From Bdellovibrionota bacterium (GTDB lineage: Bacteria > Bdellovibrionota_C > UBA2361 > JBIKUX01), in assembly GCA_044347345.1 (NCBI GenBank), contig JBIKUX010000035.1, positions 1 through 16,483 of the forward strand: a stretch of DNA of 16,483 bases, written 5' to 3'. Position numbers and translations under genes: made by a program. Below are positions 1 through 7,831 of this stretch, piece by piece. Within the stretch, counting starts at the first letter, position 1, and each line of letters starts with the position of its first letter. Under the pieces are notes generated by a model. The model did not search any database and had not been told where the DNA came from. It was given only the letters and a program-made list of their open reading frames with translations.

Positions 1-317
1 ACATTACTATTAGAATCAAGGCGGCTAATTACTCCCTGCACACGATTTATTCCCGCTGGTGCCACTCCTCCTACTGTCTTGTTATCAGATACTACAAGAC
101 CAATAATCGGCCTTTTTGCGGGAAGAACAGCTCCGTTAAGTCTTAAGGAGTCATTACGATTAACTGAATCAAGAACCGCTACTGAAAATGATAAAGGCGT
201 TATTTCCTCCGCATTTACCCTACTTACTGAAACAATTAGTAGTAAGATACTAAGTATACCTAGTACCCTACATATTCTTGCAAAATTTAAATCTAATATT
301 TTTTGCCACACTGACAC
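1..317 (-). CDS. Secreted/exported hypothetical protein, 5' portion only (runs off the window start)
   Basis: Not in the ORF track; translated by hand. GTG at 317-315 is preceded by AGGA with a 6-nt spacer, and the frame stays open for 105 codons to the edge: MSVWQKILDLNFARICRVLGILSILLLIVSVSRVNAEEITPLSFSVAVLDSVNRNDSLRLNGAVLPAKRPIIGLVVSDNKTVGGVAPAGINRVQGVISRLDSNSN. It has a Sec-type signal peptide (basic R-x-x-R, hydrophobic core, V-N-A|EE cleavage site). Confidence 0.75.
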   Translation of the reverse strand, partial: MSVWQKILDLNFARICRVLGILSILLLIVSVSRVNAEEITPLSFSVAVLDSVNRNDSLRLNGAVLPAKRPIIGLVVSDNKTVGGVAPAGINRVQGVISRLDSNSN

Positions 318-671
318 TGTACATCCTACCGCATGAGGGTTAAAGGGAAGTAATCTCCCGAACTACATCTAACTCTTCAAAAGAGCGAAGCTACTCTCTG
401 ACTCGTATGAATCGAGCAAAAATGATAATGGCTCGAGAGTTTAAGGTTTTGTTTTTTGTGCTGAGAACAAAAAATAGTAAAATTAAGTAACCAGTTAACT
501 AAATTAACTAACGAAACTAAAAAAAATAATTACCTACTCAAGGATATTGATAAAATTACCCACACCTTAAAAATAAGCTACATAGCGGCTAAAACAACAC
601 ATATCCTTATCTAACACTAAAGGATGAGTATCTAACTCGGTGCGTCAGGTGTTTTATACGTTAGGTGTTGT

Positions 672-1418
672 ATGGCTCAAATATCGATTCAAGCGTCGAG
701 TATAAATCCGGTTGCTAACAATACCGTAAGAGATGACACTGTTGTTAACAATAATCTACTGGCCAAGATATGTTCTCTTTATGAGAAGCATGAGAAGGTT
801 ATAAATTTGGGACTAACATGTTGTGGAGTTTTAACTGGTGCAGGACTCGCTGCAGTTACAGGTCGCTCATTATTTAATTGGTGCGTAAAGGCATGTGGTA
901 AAGCATTACTTAAACGTCATTTAGTCAAGCTAGTTTCTGGCTCAATAAAAGAGAATAAAATAATAACGGGTAATAGAAAACCGGGTAATAGAAACGGAGG
1001 TATTGATTTACCAATGGGTAAAGACAATTTGGTCTCCAACAAAAAACTAAATCCACAAGCTCAATTACAACCGAATCAATCTAAACAACTGAATCAATCT
1101 AACCCTGGACGCCCTAGTAATGCTACCGCTCAACAAAAACCACAAAGCCCTAGCCCTACTAGTTCCCATAATAGTAAAACTTTAGTAGTATCCACTGCCT
1201 CACAATCAAAACCACCACCAAAAAAACCATCATTAAATTTAGCATCTTTTGATACAAACTTAGCACCAAAGCAACTTGTTTTCCTTAATGATGATTATGG
1301 TAGCTTATTTTCTCCTGTTAGCCTCAACAATAATATTGTAAATTTTCGTCGTCCAAAACAAAACGGTCAACAAACAGGTCAAAACTGGTTTTATAGCTTA
1401 GAATCAACACACAGCTAG
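672..1418 (+). CDS. Hypothetical protein with one hydrophobic segment and a long N/Q/S/P/K-rich disordered C-terminal half
   Basis: 248-aa ORF; ATG preceded by AGGT; hydrophobic stretch VINLGLTCCGVLTGAGLAAV; in-frame 15- and 18-bp tandem repeats; no recognisable domain. Confidence 0.65.
   Translation: MAQISIQASSINPVANNTVRDDTVVNNNLLAKICSLYEKHEKVINLGLTCCGVLTGAGLAAVTGRSLFNWCVKACGKALLKRHLVKLVSGSIKENKIITGNRKPGNRNGGIDLPMGKDNLVSNKKLNPQAQLQPNQSKQLNQSNPGRPSNATAQQKPQSPSPTSSHNSKTLVVSTASQSKPPPKKPSLNLASFDTNLAPKQLVFLNDDYGSLFSPVSLNNNIVNFRRPKQNGQQTGQNWFYSLESTHS
967..996 (+). repeat. 15-bp in-frame tandem duplication
   Basis: cgggtaatagaaaac / cgggtaatagaaacg (encodes GNRKP-GNRNG). Confidence 0.85.
1067..1102 (+). 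repeat. 18-bp in-frame tandem duplication
   Basis: acaaccgaatcaatctaa / acaactgaatcaatctaa, 17/18 identical (QPNQSK-QLNQSN). Confidence 0.9.
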
Positions 1419-3023
1419 TGCATGATTAATAGAGTTACGCACAGCAAAAAAAATTGTCGTTAACTCTTTTCGAGTATAACGCTCAGCTTCTTGACCAAGC
1501 TCTAGATGTAAAATACCGACTTCCTTTTGCTCGTGGAGTCGCCAGGTAATATGAGATAAAATACGCCCGTGCAGTACGACTTTTTGCTCAATAACAGGTT
1601 TATTTGAAGTCATACTCTCACTTATTGCTCGCGCGCTAGCTTCACCGGATTCAAGCGAGACACTTTTATAACTGTTCAATGATGCAGACCCAAGCCTAAG
1701 ACGAGGCACAAGGAATAGGTCTTTTGGACGATATAAATAAACACATCCTCCATCAAATCCCAGCAACGGCAATAGATGAGCAACTAGATGATTTAAAGCA
1801 TTAACAGATACTCTGCGTGGCTGCATTTTATTGTAGAGAACTGAAAATTCTTTCTGCAATTCGTCAGCAAGCTCATCAACAGAGACATTTTCTTCCAACA
1901 TCTTTTTTCGCTCTCTTACGAGAGTATCCTCATCGTAAGCTGTCGGGTCAAAGGAACGAGCAAAAGTACTTCTATTGAATTCAACATAAGCAAAGAGACG
2001 ATCCTCAATGCGCCGATTTATATCATCAATGGCACGAGACCCGAGCTCATCTTCCACTTCAGATAGTATTGTGGCCCATTCTTTTGCTTCATCTGGAAAA
2101 GCCGCAGAAAAATCAGCCTTAGCAATAGCTTCACCTTGATGACAAGCTTTTCCAATTTTACGAGACCACTTAGATTGAGCTTGATTAAGATTAATTGCAC
2201 TCTCTGAAGCAACCACTCCGCGAACATCATCACCAAGATACCATCCCTCAAGTAATCTCAAGCCAAGAGTTAGCGGAGAATAACCGATTAAGTTAGCGAC
2301 ACTCTCTACTAAAGAGCCCTCTCCTTTAGCTAATGTCTCAGCAAGAGCGCGTTTGTATATACTCGGATAATTAAAAGCAATTAGAGCTAATCCTAATTGA
2401 CGCATAATAGCACAGGCGAATGCACTTTCAGGATCTTCTCCTTGCTTTTCTGCTAAAAGTTCAGCAGCGCTACCACAAGTAATTGTGTACCTAATAAGCT
2501 GAGCTTGACTCTCTTCAAGACTAGCTAGACTATACTTTGATATTGTATCACTTGCTACAGAAAAAATTTCTGAACAAGCCTCCATATTTAGTGCTGCAAG
2601 TTGTGCTGGGAGACCTTGCTTACCATCTACACGAGAAAGGCTTGGGAGCTTGGCTAAAAAATATAGAAAAAGCGAAAGATCACCTTTAAGGTCTTCGATT
2701 AAAAGATATCTCTTTTTTAAGTACAGTCCAGACTCGAAACGGTCTCTTATTTTTGCAAGCACAGTCGGATTAAATGGTATCCACTCTCGACTACAAAATG
2801 AAATTGCCTGGTCAAGAATTCCCATCGTTATATCCTGTTCGCCTTCCTGCTCAGAGCTAACTGCTACTGGCTCCTCCGTTTCCTCTGATTCTACGCACTG
2901 CTTCGTCTGCTCTGAACTAGAACTGCTGTTAGATTCTCTCTGATTTAGGTGTCTTAAAGACACTCGAGAAGGATTCGACGACTTTTTAACTTCTTGACGT
3001 TCTTTCTTACCTACCTCTCCCAA
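1404..3023 (-). CDS. HDOD-domain signal transduction protein (degenerate), with a possible GAF-like C-terminal domain
   Basis: 539 aa; TTG start with GGAG 8 nt upstream. HDOD-like segments: IPFNPTVLAKI, LIEDLKGDLSL, AAELLAE...ESAFACAIMRQLGLALI (canonical AFxxGLLHDIG) and LIGYSPLTLGLRLLEGWYL (canonical GxxHxxxGxxLxxxWxL). C-terminal LGFDGGCVYLY...VGILHLE resembles a GAF fold. Confidence 0.7.
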   Translation of the reverse strand: MGEVGKKERQEVKKSSNPSRVSLRHLNQRESNSSSSSEQTKQCVESEETEEPVAVSSEQEGEQDITMGILDQAISFCSREWIPFNPTVLAKIRDRFESGLYLKKRYLLIEDLKGDLSLFLYFLAKLPSLSRVDGKQGLPAQLAALNMEACSEIFSVASDTISKYSLASLEESQAQLIRYTITCGSAAELLAEKQGEDPESAFACAIMRQLGLALIAFNYPSIYKRALAETLAKGEGSLVESVANLIGYSPLTLGLRLLEGWYLGDDVRGVVASESAINLNQAQSKWSRKIGKACHQGEAIAKADFSAAFPDEAKEWATILSEVEDELGSRAIDDINRRIEDRLFAYVEFNRSTFARSFDPTAYDEDTLVRERKKMLEENVSVDELADELQKEFSVLYNKMQPRRVSVNALNHLVAHLLPLLGFDGGCVYLYRPKDLFLVPRLRLGSASLNSYKSVSLESGEASARAISESMTSNKPVIEQKVVLHGRILSHITWRLHEQKEVGILHLELGQEAERYTRKELTTIFFAVRNSINHALAVC

Positions 3024-3057
3024 AGCTTACACTCCACATTTAACTGTGAGCTCATGA

Positions 3058-3089
3058 AAAAAGAGAGTTAATTTAATAGCTCTCTTTTT
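3058..3089. terminator. Probable intrinsic (possibly bidirectional) terminator downstream of clpB
   Basis: Inverted repeat aaaaagagagtta-atttaa-tagctctcttttt. On the minus strand the GAGAG/CUCUC stem is followed by U6. Confidence 0.55.
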
Positions 3090-3173
3090 ATGAAAAGTTA
3101 TTACTTTTACTTACTCTGTATGAGTCGGCAATAAATTTATTTCCCAAAAGGATACTTTTAAAAACAAATTCGA

Positions 3174-3202
3174 CCTGTGTATTAAAGCACTTTAAATACA
3201 GG
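3174..3202 (-). terminator. Imperfect hairpin just after the clpB stop codon
   Basis: cctgtgtattaaag-ca-ctttaaatacagg. On the minus strand it is followed by ucgaauuuguuuuu; it starts 22 nt after the stop. Confidence 0.35.
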
Positions 3203-3224
3203 AAATATAATACGTTAAGCTCAA

Positions 3225-5855
3225 TTAATGAACCGCAAAAGCTTCGGCTAAATGCAGATTATTTTCTATGCTGATACTGCCATTTTTTACCACAACATAG
3301 AGAGTAGTCCCATCAGAGACCTGCTGGCTTATGATTGCGCGAGCTATTTTCGTGCTGATCTCCCTTTGAATGAATCTTTTAAGAGGACGAGCACCATACA
3401 CCGGATCATAGGCAGCTTCAGCGACAAAGTGCTTAGCTTCCTCACTAATCTCTAATGAAATCTGCCTGTCAGCTAAACGACTTCTTACATCGGAAAGCTG
3501 AAGATCAATTATCTTCTCTAGCTCTATAAGTGATAAGGGTCTAAATAAAACTATCTCATCAATCCGATTTAAAAACTCAGGCCGAAAATGATTCCTTAAA
3601 TCGCTCTGTACAAGAGACCGAGCTTCATCTGTAATTTCTCCTTCACTTATTCCTTCAAGTAAATGATGAGAACCGATGTTAGAAGTCATGATGATAACCG
3701 TGTTTTTAAAATCGATTGTTCGCCCCTGAGAATCAGTTACACGACCATCATCAAGTACTTGCAACAAAACATTAAAAACCTCAGGGTGAGCTTTCTCAAT
3801 CTCATCAAGCAAAATAACCGAATATGGCTTACGACGCACAGCTTCTGTTAGTTGCCCACCCTCCTCATATCCAACGTATCCTGGCGGAGCTCCTATTAGA
3901 CGAGATACAGAAAACTTTTCCATATACTCACTCATATCTATCCGAACAATATTCTGCTCAGCATCGAACAATAACTCAGCTAAAGCCTTAGCCAGCTCAG
4001 TTTTCCCTACACCAGTTGGTCCAAGAAAGATAAATGACCCAATCGGCCTATTTGGGTCTTTAATGCCGGCTCGAGCTCGCAAGACAGCATCACTAACAAC
4101 GTCAACTGCCTCATCCTGACCGATAACTCGCTTATGAAGCAATTCACCTAATCGCAAAAGCTTTTCTCTCTCACCTTCAACAAGTCGTTTTAATGGTATG
4201 TTAGTCCATCTCGACACAATTTCAGCGATTTCTTCTTCCGTTACTTCTTCTTTGAGTAATCGTTTATCCCCGAGCGAAGCAAACCTCAATTCTTCCTTTT
4301 CAAGACTTTGGAGTAACTCAGGTAAAACACCATGCTTTAATTCTGCCGCTCTGTTTAAGTCGTAACTTTGCTCTGCTTTGCTTATATCAAAGCGAGTTTG
4401 TTCTATCTTACTTCTTACTGCATGAAGCTGTCTGATAATTTGCTTTTCTGCATCCCACTGAGCCCGCATCTCAACACTTTGCTCTTTCTCACGAGCAAGC
4501 TCTTTCTCAAGTACAGTCAGCCTATCTAAGCTAACTTTATCTGTCTCCTTGCGCAGAGCAGCTGCCTCTATCTCTAGTTGCATAGCGCGACGAGTGACCT
4601 CATCTAACTCTGAGGGCATAGAGTCAATCTCCGTGCGCACAGTCGCACAGGCTTCATCGACTAAATCTATAGCTTTATCTGGAAGAAAGCGATCAGAAAT
4701 ATAACGATTAGACAAAGTAGCAGCCGCTACTAAGGCGCGATCATGAATCTTAACTCCATGATGAACTTCAAACCTTTCTTTTATTCCCCTTAATATCGAG
4801 ATAGTATCTTCAACATCAGGTTGATCGACAGTAACAGGTTGGAAACGCCTCTCTAATGCCGCATCTTTAGCGATATATTTACGATACTCATCTAGAGTTG
4901 TGGCACCAATACACCTAAGCTCACCCCTAGCCAACATTGGCTTTAACATATTACCGGCATCCATTGCGCCTTCAGCCGCACCAGCACCAACTATTGTATG
5001 AAGCTCATCTATAAATAAAATAACCCGTCCTTCGGAGTTTTTTATTTCTTGCAATACGGCCTTTAGTCTTTCTTCAAATTCACCTCGAAATTTAGCCCCC
5101 GCAATAAGAGCACCAAGGTCGAGAGCAAAAACTGTTTTTTCCTTTAACCCCTCTGGCACGTCTCCTCTAACTATTCGTTGAGCCAAACCTTCAACAATAG
5201 CAGTCTTACCTACTCCAGGTTCACCGATAAGGACAGGATTGTTTTTTGTTTTGCGAGAAAGAATGCGAATTACTCGACGAATCTCACCATCTCGGCCAAT
5301 AACAGGGTCTATTTTACCTTTTCTTGCTTCCGCTACTAAATCACGACCATATTTAGCCAGAGCTTCATACGTTGATTCTGGATTAACACTAGTTACTCGT
5401 TGCTTACCTCTCACACTCGATAAAACAGTAAGAAATTTCTCTCTAGTTACACCATTTTCTGCCAACAACCTAGCGGCAGAACTTTTTTCTCCTTCTGCAA
5501 GAATTGCTAAAAACAGATGTTCAACGGAAATATAATCATCTTTTAATCGCTCGGCCTCTTCTTCAGATCGCGCCAAGATGCGCTGAACTTCAGGCGAAAC
5601 ATAGACTTTTCCAACCTCTGCACCTGCACCACTGACCTGAGGCTCTCTATCAAGCCGCTCATTAATTTTTTCAAGCAGAGTAGCACAAGGTATAATTCCC
5701 TTGTCCAATACCCTGGCAATGACTCCACCCTCTTGATTTAGTAGAGCATGCAACAAGTGCAATGCAGAAATTTGGTTGTGACTACGTTTGCTACTTTCAG
5801 CCTGCGCTCGAAGTAATGATTCTTGTGATTTTTCAGTAAATTTTTCGTTGTTCAT
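3225..5855 (-). CDS. clpB: ATP-dependent disaggregase ClpB
   Basis: Clp N-domain repeats, two Walker A motifs ([16 protein letters not shown]), Walker B motifs ([16 protein letters not shown]), [10 protein letters not shown], a long coiled-coil M domain, GARPLKR, and no IGF loop. Start moved from the track's TTG 5879 to ATG 5855 ([12 protein letters not shown]), which has AGGAG 5 nt upstream; 876 aa. Confidence 0.97.
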   Translation of the reverse strand: MNNEKFTEKSQESLLRAQAESSKRSHNQISALHLLHALLNQEGGVIARVLDKGIIPCATLLEKINERLDREPQVSGAGAEVGKVYVSPEVQRILARSEEEAERLKDDYISVEHLFLAILAEGEKSSAARLLAENGVTREKFLTVLSSVRGKQRVTSVNPESTYEALAKYGRDLVAEARKGKIDPVIGRDGEIRRVIRILSRKTKNNPVLIGEPGVGKTAIVEGLAQRIVRGDVPEGLKEKTVFALDLGALIAGAKFRGEFEERLKAVLQEIKNSEGRVILFIDELHTIVGAGAAEGAMDAGNMLKPMLARGELRCIGATTLDEYRKYIAKDAALERRFQPVTVDQPDVEDTISILRGIKERFEVHHGVKIHDRALVAAATLSNRYISDRFLPDKAIDLVDEACATVRTEIDSMPSELDEVTRRAMQLEIEAAALRKETDKVSLDRLTVLEKELAREKEQSVEMRAQWDAEKQIIRQLHAVRSKIEQTRFDISKAEQSYDLNRAAELKHGVLPELLQSLEKEELRFASLGDKRLLKEEVTEEEIAEIVSRWTNIPLKRLVEGEREKLLRLGELLHKRVIGQDEAVDVVSDAVLRARAGIKDPNRPIGSFIFLGPTGVGKTELAKALAELLFDAEQNIVRIDMSEYMEKFSVSRLIGAPPGYVGYEEGGQLTEAVRRKPYSVILLDEIEKAHPEVFNVLLQVLDDGRVTDSQGRTIDFKNTVIIMTSNIGSHHLLEGISEGEITDEARSLVQSDLRNHFRPEFLNRIDEIVLFRPLSLIELEKIIDLQLSDVRSRLADRQISLEISEEAKHFVAEAAYDPVYGARPLKRFIQREISTKIARAIISQQVSDGTTLYVVVKNGSISIENNLHLAEAFAVH

Positions 5856-5880
5856 AGGATCTCCTAAATCCACAAACAAC
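5847..5880 (-). promoter_or_regulatory. Hairpin sequestering the clpB translation initiation region (candidate RNA thermometer)
   Basis: mRNA GUUGUUUGUGGAUUU-AGG-AGAUCC(U)AUGAACAAC: 15 pairs including 3 G-U and one bulged U. The AUG is fully paired and the SD AGGAG spans the loop and stem. Confidence 0.55.
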
Positions 5881-5925
5881 AGATAATCACGAAAAAAAAC
5901 ATTACAAGCGATGATTGGAGACTTG

Positions 5926-6462
5926 TTAATCTAGAATGTTCAATAATGCGTTTTCAAATGATTTGATATCATCATCATTGATAATGGTGCGATCTGCTAA
6001 TGCTATCGGTCCACCTTTCTCTAAATTCAACACCTCTGCTAAATCGCGCTCACTCGCTTCCTCACTCGATAGTGGTCGCACTTTGCGATGAGCTAGCCTA
6101 AGATACCGAGTTTGCCGAGACGTAAAAATTGCAATGATCTCTAGGGCTGAACCAAATTCTTTTTTTAGAACTAAAAATTCAGATGTACTGTAGAGACCAT
6201 CAATAACGACAGTTTGGTTTACTAAAAGTGCATCCTTAATTTTTGCAAGAGAGCGACGAGCGTATGCATCCATACCCTCATTAGAGCGTATTGATTCTCG
6301 AACAGCTCTTTCGTTAGCAGGGTTAACGGCTAAATTTTGTTTAGCCAATTCTTCAAGCGTAATAGCTCCAAAATGAATGACAGGGAAACCACGACTTTTA
6401 AAAAACCTACTGGCTTCACTTTTCCCTGAGCCAGTCATGCCAACTAGAGCCAATAATCTCAT
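5926..6462 (-). CDS. P-loop kinase, UPF0200 / dephospho-CoA-kinase-like (NMP kinase fold)
   Basis: 178 aa; N-terminal Walker [17 protein letters not shown], lid motif RYLRLAHR, and ERDLAE...[14 protein letters not shown], typical of the archaeal-type COG0237 group. Confidence 0.8.
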   Translation of the reverse strand: MRLLALVGMTGSGKSEASRFFKSRGFPVIHFGAITLEELAKQNLAVNPANERAVRESIRSNEGMDAYARRSLAKIKDALLVNQTVVIDGLYSTSEFLVLKKEFGSALEIIAIFTSRQTRYLRLAHRKVRPLSSEEASERDLAEVLNLEKGGPIALADRTIINDDDIKSFENALLNILD

Positions 6463-6508
6463 AGTATTCTCATAAACAATTAGAATAACATATTAATATT
6501 TAGGACTA

Positions 6509-6536
6509 TTAAGATATAGCACTTAAAATATAGCAC
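6509..6536. repeat. 14-bp tandem duplication
   Basis: ttaagatatagcac / ttaaaatatagcac (13/14). Confidence 0.8.
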
Positions 6537-6540
6537 TCTT

Positions 6541-6612
6541 AACGAGTGGACAACGAGTGGATACTGCCGATAAGTGGATACTGCCGATAAGTGTATACTG
6601 CCGATGGGTGGA
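6541..6612. repeat. Tandem array derived from the tRNA 3' end: three 17-bp units plus two 11-bp units
   Basis: agtggatactgccgata (6556-6572), agtggatactgccgata (6573-6589) and agtgtatactgccgatg (6590-6606, runs into the tRNA), preceded by aacgagtggac / aacgagtggat (6541-6562). Confidence 0.92.
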
Positions 6613-6672
6613 CTCGAACCACCGACCTCGGAATTATGAGTTCCGCGCTCTAACCAGCTGAGCTACATCGGC
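6599..6672 (-). tRNA. tRNA with CAT anticodon, probably elongator tRNA-Met (tRNA-Ile2 not excluded); CCA not encoded
   Basis: GCCGATG-TA-GCTC-AGCTGGTTA-GAGC-G-CGGAA-CTCATAA-TTCCG-AGGTC-GGTGG-TTCGAGT-CCACC-CATCGGC-A. All four stems pair perfectly. The G1:C72 pair and the lack of three consecutive G:C pairs at the loop end of the anticodon stem argue against an initiator tRNA. Confidence 0.96.
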
Positions 6673-6687
6673 ACAAAAAGCGTTCTT

Positions 6688-6716
6688 AGAGTGCCATTAG
6701 TCAATCTGGCTTGCAA
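6688..6716 (-). promoter_or_regulatory. Possible sigma70 promoter for the tRNA (and downstream kinase-clpB)
   Basis: Minus strand TTGCAA-N17-CACTCT with an extended TG before the -10; ends 15 nt upstream of the tRNA. The -10 match is weak. Confidence 0.3.
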
Positions 6717-6736
6717 CGTTGTGTGGAGTAATTTTT

Positions 6737-7759
6737 ATGTTAATTGATAAATCAAAAAATGAATATTTAATTGAGTGTGTTCCGAATGTTAGTGAAGGAC
6801 GAAATTTACAAACCCTAGATAAGTTAAGTGACCTCTTAGTAAAAGGGGGTGTAACCCTACTACACAGAGATATCGGGTCAGACGCACATCGCACCGTATT
6901 TACCCTTATTGGGACACCCACCAATCTTTCAAACACATTACCAGCATTCATAGAAGAGGCTATCGGCTTAATTGATCTACGCCATCATCAAGGCGCGCAT
7001 CCACGTATTGGTGCAGTCGATGTGTGTCCTCTAATTCCTCTTTTTGGGACACCCAAAGATATTGTTGAATCAGTTGTAAGCTCAGTAGGCTCTGTCGTTG
7101 GTGAATCAATGGGTGTCCCAGTTTTTCTTTATGAGGAGAGTGCTAGGAGTAAGATATGTCGAAGCCTTTCGGAAATAAGGAAGGGAGGATTACAGAAACT
7201 ACGAGAACGGATGTGTAGCGGAGAGGTTACCCCTTCTTATGGCCCTAATCTGCCTCACGAATCGGCGGGTGCAATGGTATTGGGTCAAAGACCATTTCTA
7301 ATTGCATGGAACATTAGCTTAAGCCCACTTAATTCTAATCTTGATCCACTACAGCAACTAAAGCGGGCTAAAAAACTCGCAAGTCAGATACGAGAAGGAG
7401 GCTCCGTAGGCTTATCCCGTGTAAGAGCAATTGGCTGGGATATGCCAACTTACGGAAATGTTCAGGTTTCATGCAATCTTCTTGACTTCCGAGTAACAGG
7501 ACTTAAGCAAGTTTTTGATACTATTACCCAGCTAGCCCCTTCCGAAGATATGAAAGTTAACGGTAGTGAACTAATAGGGCTACTACCACTAGAAGCTCTT
7601 GTTGATGGCTTTAGCGGTACTACTGAACAAAAAATAAATAAAGCAATACAGTATCTTGGACTAAGCCTCCACTCTGAATTCAGCCCTACAGATAGAATAA
7701 TTGAGTGGCGAAAGGAGGTAAAAAAATTAGTGGGTGTCCCAAATTTAGCTACGCTCTGA
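6737..7759 (+). CDS. ftcd: Glutamate formimidoyltransferase (formiminotransferase domain only, no cyclodeaminase)
   Basis: Signatures LIECVPNVSEGR, DAHRTVFT, IDLRHHQGAHPRIGAVDVCP, VPVFLYE, QVSCNL and SELIGLLP. ATG 6737 with GGAG at 6725-6728 is preferred over the track's TTG 6719. Confidence 0.92.
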   Translation: MLIDKSKNEYLIECVPNVSEGRNLQTLDKLSDLLVKGGVTLLHRDIGSDAHRTVFTLIGTPTNLSNTLPAFIEEAIGLIDLRHHQGAHPRIGAVDVCPLIPLFGTPKDIVESVVSSVGSVVGESMGVPVFLYEESARSKICRSLSEIRKGGLQKLRERMCSGEVTPSYGPNLPHESAGAMVLGQRPFLIAWNISLSPLNSNLDPLQQLKRAKKLASQIREGGSVGLSRVRAIGWDMPTYGNVQVSCNLLDFRVTGLKQVFDTITQLAPSEDMKVNGSELIGLLPLEALVDGFSGTTEQKINKAIQYLGLSLHSEFSPTDRIIEWRKEVKKLVGVPNLATL

Positions 7760-7831
7760 AGTGCAATAGATGGGTGTCCTGAATCTAAGCTAAAAGAAAA
7801 AGCATCTTTCAAGAAATATGGGTGGGTAGCT

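Noticed and set aside
79-336. 85-aa + strand ORF
   Set aside because: Antisense shadow of the minus-strand signal-peptide gene.
447-530. AT-rich imperfect hairpin and ttaactaa-like repeats, considered as an origin or operator
   Set aside because: Low-complexity A/T sequence; I saw no DnaA-box cluster or well-defined repeat unit.
2018-5728. Short ORFs 2018..2251, 2650..2943, 3252..3455, 3663..3851, 5239..5535 and 5543..5728
   Set aside because: They lie wholly inside the HDOD gene or clpB in antisense or alternate frames and show no recognisable motifs.
5856-5879. N-terminal extension MFVDLGDP of ClpB from the TTG at 5879
   Set aside because: ATG 5855 has a strong AGGAG SD and gives the canonical ClpB N-terminus; the extension corresponds to the hairpin-forming leader.
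6530-6552. CIRCE-like (HrcA) element upstream of kinase-clpB: aTAGCACTC-ttaac-GAGTGgacA
   Set aside because: The spacer is 5 nt instead of the required 9 and the right arm matches only 6/9. A CIRCE disrupted by local duplications cannot be excluded but is unsupported.
6566-6590. Two perfect sigma28 -10 boxes (GCCGATAA) on the + strand
   Set aside because: There is no TAAA -35 element 15 nt upstream of either (tgga, ctgc), and the motif is explained by the tRNA-end duplication.
6541-6612. Possible mini CRISPR array
   Set aside because: The units are contiguous 17-mers with no unique spacers, they derive from the tRNA 3' end, and there are no cas genes in the window.
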